DNA of 64,000 bases from NCBI RefSeq assembly GCF_036321535.1, contig NC_087436.1:70744001-70808000 (forward strand), given 5' to 3'. The position numbers and the translations under genes were made by a program. This stretch comes from Camelus dromedarius. Taxonomy: Eukaryota. Positions 53,806-64,000 of this stretch are shown in pieces. How positions within the stretch are numbered: the first letter of the stretch is position 1; the number at the start of each line of letters is the position of its first letter. The notes under the pieces were generated by a model that was not told the origin of the DNA, ran no database searches, and saw only the letters and a program-made list of their open reading frames with translations.

Positions 53806-54722
53806 TGTCGCTCAGCATCCAGTTTTACAAGGGTTAAGTTGCAACCCACTGCCATGAGGGGGATTCAGGGTGAAAAAAAAAGATGAAACATTCTGTGCTT
53901 TGGATAAAGGATCTGTAGGTAGTTAAGGTGTATATCTCAGGAAGGATTTCAATTGCCCCAGATTCTTGCATTTTCTCATACATAGAGAAGCACAAAAATT
54001 AACTTGAGATATTTGTTCTTTGTAATTAGCAGTTATCTTTCATCAAGATGTATGCTTGACTATCTGTATTTCCTAGCAAAAAAATTTGCATATATACCAG
54101 TTCCTCCTGTCAACTGAAATAAAATCACACAATGTGAGAGTTGTGGGCTAAGTTTTGTTGGGGGCAAAATGAGGACTATAGTCCGGGAGACAGCATCCCA
54201 GAGAGTTCTGAGAGGCAGAGAGAGAACTCAATATTATATATGACTTCAGTGAAGGGGGGACATGCAGTCGAGCACACATTTAGGCAGAGGCTTGCTGCTA
54301 GTCACAAGGAGCAGATGTCACCATTGAAGATTTTAGTGCTTTTCTAGATATGAGGAGATGCAAGAATTGGGGTCATAAAATCTTCTCCTGAAAATATCTA
54401 ACTATCTGAAGGCCTGTTCAGCCAGTGTTCCCAGAGCACGGAGTGCCTCATTTCTGACCTCCACTCTGAACTCCTTTCAGGGTGTGCTGGAGGTCAGCGG
54501 CTGCAGCAGCTCATGGTTTAATCCAAGCAGAGGTAGATGGCAAGTGCCAATGTGCTCCAACCCTTGCAGAGGCAGATGGCAAGTGCCAATTTTTAGTTAG
54601 CATTCCTCTGCCTCTTCAGAACAGTTTCTCAGAGCCATCTCCTGGGCTGTCGTCCTCAGTAAGACCTTGAATAAAACTTAAACTCACAACTCTCATGCTG
54701 TGTGTTTTTCTTTAAGTCAGCA
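53806..54722 (+). mobile_element. Solo LTR hosting a nested antisense LTR
   Basis: TG start, TATA-like catatatacc, AATAAA at ~54670, ending aagtcagca; sequence is continuous once 54108-54602 is removed. Confidence 0.7.
54108..54602 (-). mobile_element. ERV1-type solo LTR nested in another LTR
   Basis: Homologous to 47455-47973; TSD ctcc/ttcc. Confidence 0.8.
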
Positions 54723-57146
54723 AGCAGAAAGATAACAATAAATGAAAATTTCAATTATATGGCTCTTTTGATGATGATGTGATATCCATATGGTATAATA
54801 TTATGTAGTCAATAAAATGACATTACTAAGAGTTATGCTAATGTTATCAAGGCTACCTGAAGAAAAGCAGAATATAAAATTCTTATGAGCATGTGTTCTC
54901 AATAAAGTAAAGAGAAAATCTGGCAGAGAAGAGATGAGGAAGACTCAAACTCTTAAGAATAGTTATTTCTCAATTGTAAGATTATGGGTAACTTCACTTT
55001 TGTTCAGTAGAATTTTTTATAGTCTCCAAGCCTTTTGATAAGCAGGCAGTAATTTATAATTATGAAAAGGTGATTGATTCCTTTTAAAGGCAATTATTAA
55101 GGAGAATTTTAAAACTTAAGAGTAAGAATATACATCACAGTCTAAAGCTGTCTCACTGATATTAGGGGTCCAAAGTGGCCAGGAGGGGTTCCAATTGCCC
55201 TACCTCTTTAAAGGCTTGATAGATGCAGTTGTTCCCTTAGGTCAGAAACCACTGATATGTGAGCTGAACATCTCAGAACAAAAAGACTAGAAGGGAGTCT
55301 TGGATATGGTTTCTTATACCTGCTGTGTAACGAGCACCAACAGCATTTTAATGATGTTGCTATGTTGTATGTTTCTCTTGCAAACTGTAGATTGAAAAAT
55401 ACTGAAACCTGTCTGTCACTACTGGCAACACCAATGGCAGAGACTTCCAGGGGTCTCATGAAGATTAGGTACAAATCATCAGTCTCACTGTTATTAATAA
55501 ACAATGCTGTAAATTTGGTACAAACTTCCCTGAAATTCCTTGGATCCATGGGTACAGAGTAACATCATAATCATGTTTCATGCCTTGGCCAGGGATAAAG
55601 GATTTTTGGTAAATCTTTTGTTTGGTAAAATAACTCAGACCAATTCTTGTTGAAATCAACCTTAAACAGCCTGAAATATAGAAAGAAAATATAGGAAGTC
55701 TGACATGGAGATCCGACATCAGATCTGGGATGATTGTTTTTTCAAAAGTGTGGTGCATATATCAGCAGCCCTTCGTAGAGTGACTGATCCATTAACAAAA
55801 GATACAGCTTTTAGACTGTACTGTTGCCTGTGTATCCATCTTGCAGCTACTACTGCATCTGTGCACAGAGAATCCATCAGGAGCATCCTGGGACTTGAAG
55901 GACATAGTGGTGAATTGTTCATTTAAATGCAAATTAGATTCACCAGCTGTTGTTGTTACTAGTATTAGCAGCCTTAAGGAAACATTTTATCCTAGCAACC
56001 AGAGAGGAAATAGATAACAAATTTCACTTTTATGAGGAAAAAAAAATGGCCAGAAAGCATAGGGGCAATATTTCATTCAAATATGTCTATTTTGTAACAG
56101 AAAACCTTTTAAATAGAATTTTAAAAGGCCACAATCAATTGTTTCAAAAGATTTTGGAGAATAACTATCATTACCAAGACGGATGAGGTCAGCATTCTAC
56201 AGTAATATTTGGTAGGTTCTATTCTGGGCAGTGATTTCATTTCATAAGTTAGTAAAAACTGTAGGAGTGGTGTCAATAATTTAACTCTCCAGCTTAAACT
56301 CATCAGTGCTGATAAAGCCAAATTTGCATGGATTGTCTTTAACCAAACTTATTTTTAGATTGTTAACTTGATCTTCTACTTTACATGGCAAATATTTATT
56401 TCATTGTCAATGTTTCCCTTGGAAAAATTATCATCAAAATATTTTAAAGCACTTCAGCTTCTGACCGACTTGAACTCTTGACGTGTAGGGATTGATTCCC
56501 CTTCATGTACAGATCCTCTTTCATAGCATGTTCTTAGTAAAAATTTACTGAATCAAATTCACATATTTGATGTAGCATCATGTTTTATCATTTATGCAGT
56601 TTGTTCTTGAGACCTCATTTTCCAGAGCCCAAGGCTGAATCATTGTGATTTCCATAAATGATATTTAGGACAATTTTCTAAAAAGGCTAAATATATGCAA
56701 AAATTCTTTTTAAAATGTCTAGAAATGTTTTTATGATTGTATTTAAACATATTGTGTCTTTTAGCATCTTGATCCTATAGCAAAACTCAGATAGATAGGT
56801 AGGTAGGTAGCTAGGAAGATAGAGAAAAATATTATTTCCCAAGAGGCTTTCCCCATTTTGGAATTCTCTTCAAGCCTCAAATGGAAAACTTCATTATTTG
56901 TTAGAATATGGACTTTCAGAATTATACAAATTCTAAACCTGCCACACAAAGTCACTACTAGATATTTTTTTAGTGTAAGTCATTGCTTTGGGTCTCAGTG
57001 TTTTTCTGTTTTTTAATATGAAGTTAAAAAAGTCAGTGCTCAAGTTTCTCCATAATTTTGTTTGTTATAAAAGTGTAAGTGACTTATCACAATTCCTCAG
57101 TTATTTTTTTGGTCAGAAAAAGGGCTCAATTATTGATCCAAGCATA

Positions 57147-57855
57147 ATTTTTTTTTAAAAAAATATATTTTTATTGAAGTATAGTCAGTTTACAATGTTA
57201 TGTCAATTTCTGGTGTGCAGCACAATACTTCAGTCATATAGGAACATACATATATTCATTTTCATATTCTTTTATACCATAAGTTACTACAAGATATTGA
57301 ATATAGTTCCCTGTGCTATACAGTATAAACTTGTTTATCTATTTTATGTATATTAGTTAGTATCCACAAATCTCAAACTCCTAATTTATCCCTTCCTACC
57401 CCTTTCCCCACCTGGTAACCATAAGTTTGTCTTCTATGTTTGTGAGTCTTTCTGTTTTGTAAATAAGTTCACTTGTCCTTTTTTTTAAAGATTCCACATA
57501 TGAGTGATATCATATGGTATTTTTCTTTCTCTCTCTGGCTTATGTCACTTAGAATGACATTCTCCAGGTCCATCTATGTTGCTGCAAATGGCGTTATTTT
57601 ATTCCTTTTATGGCTGAATAGTATTCCATTGTATAAATATACCACAACTTTCTTTATCCAGTTGTCTGTTGATGGACATTTAGGTTGTTTCCATGTCTTG
57701 GCTATTGAAAATAGTGTTGCTATGAACATTGGGGTGCAGGTGTCTTTTTGAATTAAGATTCCCTCTGGATATATGCCCAGGAGTGGGATTTCTGAATCAT
57801 ATGGTAAGTCTATTTTTAGTTTTTTGAGGAATCTCCGTACTGTTTTCCATAACAG
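57147..57855 (-). mobile_element. 5'-truncated young L1 3' end
   Basis: TSD ccaagcata (57138-46 / 57856-64). Confidence 0.92.
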
Positions 57856-58524
57856 CCAAGCATAGTCTTTTAATCAATATTTTTGAAGTCTAAGTTGTTA
57901 TTTTTATTGTCAAGCTGTTATAAAAAAATGACTGGTTTAGTTTGATTTTTATTTAATTTATTTATTTTTATTCTATCAGCCTTAAATGGATGACAAGGAA
58001 GAATTTCGGAAAAGAAAATTAAAGAATTTTTGTAGTTCACAAAAGAAGACATAATCTGATCATTTCTTTGAATGACTGAGAAATAGCATAAACAGTGGCT
58101 AAAACAAATCTTGGTGATAAGAACCAATGACCCCTGGAGTAGATTCTGCATGTCTTTAGAGTACGTAATCACTTGGGAAATGTCATTCTGGCTATGTTAA
58201 GGTGTATCTGCCCCTGCCAGTTCTGAGAATTTTGAGAGCCTCACATTTAAGTCCTTCACAGTCAGATGCACCAACTTCAAGGGCTGATTATGTAGTTTAA
58301 AGATTATCCAAACTGTCAAACTAGTTCTGGGGTCATTTTGAGAAACACTGGCTAGATCATTCTAAGTAGGTCTTTATTGTAGAACTTGTAATTGGGCTGT
58401 GTTTGGATAGCTTCTAAGAGAAGGCTAGAGTATACATTAAAGGGATATAGTGTTTTTCGAAACTTATATTTTCTACATAATCCAACCACCCTCTTTTTTT
58501 GAGACAGCCCATCATCCCAGTGTT

Positions 58525-58716
58525 CCAGAGGTGTGGTAGAGCTGGCTCCTACTGGCTCCTGAAAGTCAGCTGTGTGCATCACTTACCAGCTCCTCAGTGA
58601 TGTCATATAAGTAGCTTGAAATTGGCCATGACAGGAGTATTTACACTATAGGTATCAGTGAAGTCTACAAATCAGGACTTTTCCCTCTGGAGAACCAGTT
58701 AAATATTTATCACTGT
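58525..58716 (+). mobile_element. MER63-like hAT element
   Basis: gtagcttgaaattggccatgacaggagtatttacac...ctacaaatcagg; inverted relative to the 28490 copy. Confidence 0.7.
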
Positions 58717-60080
58717 GGTGTTCAGAAGATACACTTTGTCTTAATCATGGCTACGTCCCCAGCATTCAGAGAAAGTGACAGTCAAACATAAAATAGATAC
58801 TCCATAAATATTTGTTGAATGAATTAAGCTATATTAAACCAGTCAGAAATAAACACTTGTTTCCATTTTTCTTGAAGATCTTTCCAGGATATATATTTTA
58901 AAATCACTATCCTTAAAATGTCAATAACTCCTCTCATACCAAATCTATGCTTTTTATTTCTGTTTAAATTTAATGATATTTTTAACCTTTTCAGTCATTA
59001 GGCAGCTGGAGAAAAAGTGACCTGTTTTTGTTAAAATTTTTTTTGTTGCAAAAAATCTTCATGCAAGGTTGAAAAAGATACAGTCTTCTGTTGAATGGTG
59101 CAGTCTCTCAAGTGGAAAGAATATATCACAGCTGGTTTGTGTTAGTGATGTGGCAACCAGGTTGTACCATATTGTGAGTTTAATGTGTGGCAATTAATAA
59201 GTTTAAATGGCCAGCTGTGAATCCATACTGCTTCATTCTGGAGCTGCCTCAATTGATATTCATTGAGTGCTTATTAGAAAGAATAGGAAACATTTATATT
59301 TTGGCATTTGGATTTTTGGGGGGTGTTTTTTATTGCTTCTCTCAGTTCACCTCCTTCTGCTGGAAAGTTCTGCTCAGAATGGTGTCTGACAATGGTTAAC
59401 ACACTATTTGGCTTTTTGCCAAGGTAGTTACTGGAAATCTGATAGATGTACAGTTAACCTTTTTGTTTCATGCTAATATGAATTTATACATTTCCACACA
59501 GAAACTTTGAACACCTAAAATAGGTAATGTTGTGGCTATTGATACCTGTAGGCCAGTTAAAGACACTCAAAAATCTTTTAAGAAGGAATTCTGGCAGTAT
59601 TATATTAGGCCACGGTTCTAAACTTTGGAAAATAACAAAATAATCTGAAGAGTTATTAGAAATTCTTACACTGAATTTTAAACTAGATTTTTATGAAGAT
59701 ATCTGTAATTTCTCTTTCAGTTAATTGCTCTTAAATACTTAACTTGCATATCTAAAGAAAGGGAAAAGACACTAACTGTATTTTGATTCCTCTACTCATC
59801 CAATACCCGCATTCTGCTAGTCAATGAGCTCTATAAACTCTGTCTCATTAAGATATTTCAAAACTGTCCGTTTCTCCATCTTACCCCCAGTTACTACCTT
59901 GGTTAGTGCTCTGGGGATTATAATAGCCTCCCAGCTGGTTTCCCTGCAAACACATGTAGTCCTTCTTCCTTTCAATTCATCATCTCTGTTACAGAGTTAT
60001 TATATATACAATTTTATCCATATCTAATATCTATAGTTTTTATAATATCTATCTAATTGTATCCATAGATAGCAATTCTT

Positions 60081-60300
60081 TTTTCTTTGTATTTTTAATT
60101 TTTTGATTTAGAATGTTGTGTTAGCTTCTGGTATAGAGCATACTTTTCATATTCTTTTTTTATTACAGGTTACTACAAGCCATTGAATATAGTTCCCTGT
60201 GCTGTACAGTAGGACCTTGTTGTTTTTCTATTCTGTACATAGTAGTTTGTATCAGTCAATCCCAAACTTCCAATTATCCCTCCCTCTCCTCTTTCCCCTA
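60081..60300 (-). mobile_element. Very short L1 3' end
   Basis: TSD tagatagcaattctt / taaataacaattctt (60066-80 / 60301-15). Confidence 0.85.
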
Positions 60301-60508
60301 TAAATAACAATTCTTCAGTGGTTGTTCATTACAGTCTTTTACAATGTGCAGGATGCATATTAATAGTAGAATAAAACAAGATTTTTAGGTAGGAAGTGGA
60401 TAAAAATTTTTTAAAATTACATTTATTCTTGTGCATATTAAAAAACATAATTGACACCTTTTTTTTAAGGCAGGAGAGAGATTTTCAGTGTCTGGTAGCA
60501 TATGTAGC

Positions 60509-62720
60509 AGGTGCTGTCAGTAGACCACCTGGATCTCACTGCAGCTTCTGTGGATTAAACAAGCCTACTATTTCTGCCTAACTGAGTGAGGGAGCATGTT
60601 TGACCTCTCCCTGGGGATGAGCCTAAAGGGGGCTGAGAGTTAAGTCCTATTAGCCAACAAACAATGAGAGTCAGGAGTTTGTGGACAGATACTTCAACTT
60701 CTTTGTCCCTTGACAGGACACTTCTGAGGTATATTTTATAGTGTTTCAGAGAAGCTCAGTTGCTCACTGTGAAAACCTGCACTTTAACATTCTGTTTATT
60801 TGATTTCCCCCATTCTCTTTCACAATTCCCACCACCTTTAACATGCTTCCTAGAAGTATTTCCCAAGAGAATGATTTGCATCCAAATCCTTGACTCAGAC
60901 TCTAAAACAATTGGTATGAAAAGTGTCCTAGAAAAAAGACCCTTAGAATGAGAGTCTGGAATTTGATCATTTTCTGCATCAGATAAAAATAAAGATCCCA
61001 TTGTTGATCCTAACTAGGGTGGTAATCTTGGCATAATATTTGCCATTATGAGGCTTCCAGGAGCCCTAAATGTTGGCAGAAGCAGCCCCTCTCTCTGACT
61101 ATCCTCTCCTGTTGTCTGAAAACTGTGCAAAGGCTTGCTTACCTGAGGACTTCTGAGATGATACTTGCCTTCCTCAACATCTGCTTTCACCTTTCTCATT
61201 GTTTCTAGGCCAATAGCTGGGGTCCAGTCTTAGAGTGAAAGGAAGAAGGAAGTACAGTCTCTGTGATTGAAGGAAGTAGATTATTACTTAAAAAGCTGTA
61301 AAATATGGCTACCACTGACAGGAGCTGGGAGAGCGAGTATGGGAATAGTGTATGTTGGGGGCAGAGGCCAAATATAAAACTGGATGAAGAGTTTATTGCT
61401 ATGGAGATACTTTCTCATGATTCAGGATTTAACATACTGGCAATAACACTTGGATGGTCCTAATACACTATTCCTTTCACTCCTTGAAATATGGATATAA
61501 CAATGCCACAGTCAAAGAGGTGGAGATGCTGTAACTGCTTTGGTAGACAACTGAGCAAGGGATCAGAAGGCTCAAGAGACATGGCCATGCTAGAATAAAT
61601 TTATTACATAAACAGCTGACTGTGTTCCCCTGTAGAAGGCAGGGGACACTTCCGTCACTTAAGCAATGAAGAATGCACTGGTGTGGGGGGCACTGGCGTC
61701 ACTGAGAAGCTCAGTGACGGCTGTCCTCTGTAAGCAAGTTGACAATAGAAGTTGCTACTGTGGAGCTAACTCTGTAGTATCAGTGGGGTGATAGGATTCC
61801 AGAATAGAGGAGACCCAACGGTGGCACTTAACCACCAGAGGCAAGGTGGTCATAATTACTGGAATGGGCAGCACATTCACATGCACCTAGGGGCCTTGAT
61901 GTTATAGGGATCTGTGACGATGGCTAATGGACTATGGATGCTTAGACCAATGGAGATGGGCAGCCAATGAGAGGGCTGCTCGAATTATAAAACCAAATCA
62001 TTTTAAGACCTTGTAAGTAAAGGACTGAAGTCAACTTCTTCAAAGCAAAGAGGAGGCCATTCCACCTGATGAAGAACTATATATTACCACAACATATATT
62101 TCCAGAAGCTGGTTACCAGTGTATTACCAAGGGGCTCTATAGCCACCTACCAATGCACTGTATACTGGGGTTGTGGAAACACTCAGATCTTGTGAGGATT
62201 ATTGGAATAAGGAGGCTGAGCCAGTGCTAATATCAGAGGCCTCAAAATGCTGTCATGGCACCCTTGTTAGAGCTGCTCAGTAGAAGGGCCAAGAAACAAA
62301 TGAAGTCCTGGCTCACATCAACTCACAGTAGGCCCAGCCCACGACCTGTCTGTGGTCATTTCTTCAGTTCCTGAGTGCGTAATTGTGGTAGCTATCCTCG
62401 GGAGATGCTAGAACCATTACTTTGGTTCCCGCCCCTGTGGAGTAAGAGCTAGCCTGTTAAGAAAGGCCCCGTGAGATTCTCTGAAATCGCCACCCACCTC
62501 CCACTCCCACCCTACACTCTGGTTAAGGTAGTAAATCATGGTAGTGCCACAGGAGCCCATCCCAGGAAGAAATGCTGGAATCCTACAAAAGGCTAATCAG
62601 ATGGAGGGGCAGTAGACTTCATCACATCAAAGTTGAATCCATCCACATCGTCTTTATGGCAAAACAGATGGATCGTGGCACATGCAGGTGACCTACGACG
62701 TGCAGCAGTGCTAGCCTGTG
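60509..62720 (+). mobile_element. Ancient ERVL (LTR16/HERV16-like): LTR ~60509-60910 plus degraded gag/pro/pol
   Basis: Gag-like NIKLDEEFIAMEILSHDSGFNILA and AMKNALVWGALASLRSSVTAVLC; RT-like KTDGSWHMQV at ~62660. Confidence 0.75.
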
Positions 62721-64000
62721 CTGGTCATTATTGTTGTTTTTATAACAGTTATCCTGGAAGCTAAATGAAGAAACTGTTTCCAGGAAAAAGAAGTGAGCCT
62801 CTACGTCACGTGTTGCAGATACGTCAATTGCAACGAGAACTGAAACTTGGCTTTTCGAGTTAACAGCATGAAGGTAATTGTCGACCTCAGCAAGAGTTAC
62901 TTGGATAAAGCAGTGGTAGCAAAAGCCCAGTTGGGTAGAAGTCAAGGGACAACGAAGGAGAATAATGGGAAAAGAAACACAGGCGATTCTTCTGGGGAAT
63001 TTATAAGGAGGAGAAAAGCTAGAGCAGAAGTGAGGTCAAGAGAGGCTTAGATTTCCGTGGGAGAAATTGCAGCATTTTTATATAGATGGGAAATACACGG
63101 GAAAGATGACAAATTTAGGTGGGTCAGGGGAGAATTGCAGGAGCCATTTCCTTGAGTAGGTGAAAGTGTTGGAATCCAGTGCATAAGTGGAGGGATTCAA
63201 TTTTTAAAAAATTGCTTTTGAATAGATGAGGCAGTGTGTGAATGAGGGAAATAAATAAAAAGTGCTCTCTTCGGATAACTGGTTAGGTTAGCAGCAGGTA
63301 ATTGTGGCTTCAGAGAGAACTGTGCTTAGGGAATTTTTTAAAAATTAGGATACCTCAAGTATCTTTTCATTCATAATGTTCAAGTTGTGAGAGTTGTAGA
63401 TGGAGTGCTCTAATTATGTCTGTTGCCAACTTTGACAACTGGCTTAGCTTTTTCCATTCACTAAATGCAAAATGTAGGTACTCTTACCCTTCAGATTATT
63501 TTTCACTTCTCTCTAAAGAATATTCTGAGGGAAACTGCTATGATATTCTTAAAGTTCAGATGAGATAAGAGACTAATATTATTCCACATATATCTGAGTG
63601 TTTGTTAACCATAACATAACGTAACCTCAAGTTATGTTTTCATACTCCCTTATTATTAGTTTTTAGACTATGTCTCCAATTTCCAAGAGCAAATCTCTGG
63701 GAAGTGGTAAGGGCCTTGGTAGTTTTGTGTAAGTTACAAGTATATGGGAAAAGAGGAAACCTTGGGAAGACTGAGAAACAGAGAGTTTTTCGGAGTGAAG
63801 AAACTCACAAGTCACCTCGCTCAGCCCCTGAGCTTCCAGATGAGGTGAGTCAGAGAGATTAAGTGGTCCCCCCTAAATGACATGATTAAATAATGGCAGA
63901 GCCAGAGTGAGAGGCGAGGTGACCTCACTCCTAATCTGTGCTCTTTCTGCCGTACCTTCCAGATTGTCAAAGGGAAGAAAGCTAATGTGTCAAATTTAAG

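Overview
Mammalian genomic DNA. The tRNA-derived SINE and L1 3' ends, with no recognisable Alu/B1/BovB/Can-SINE, suggest a camelid-like artiodactyl (inference). No intact protein-coding gene can be supported. Bases 1-~3070 look like the AT-rich distal 3' UTR and polyadenylation site of an unidentified + strand gene. The rest is repeat-dense: young 5'-truncated L1s, old L1M/L2/MIR, solo LTRs with 4-bp TSDs, MaLR/ERVL relics, and hAT and Tigger DNA transposons. The most notable item is a compact ~2.2-kb non-autonomous ERV (18542-20704). It has a perfect GCCT TSD, an Arg-type PBS and two very unequal LTRs. Its 5' LTR carries a TATA box, a perfect CpG-rich 17-bp VNTR and a splice donor created by mutation of the PBS, so it is a candidate exapted promoter for a + strand lncRNA. 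Also notable are a tailless, 3'-truncated 7SK retrocopy with a TSD nested with a SINE in a MER58-like element, a 100-bp 97%-identical dispersed duplication, and the minus-strand orientation of all six young L1s. Repeat family names come from recalled consensus features, not from a database search.
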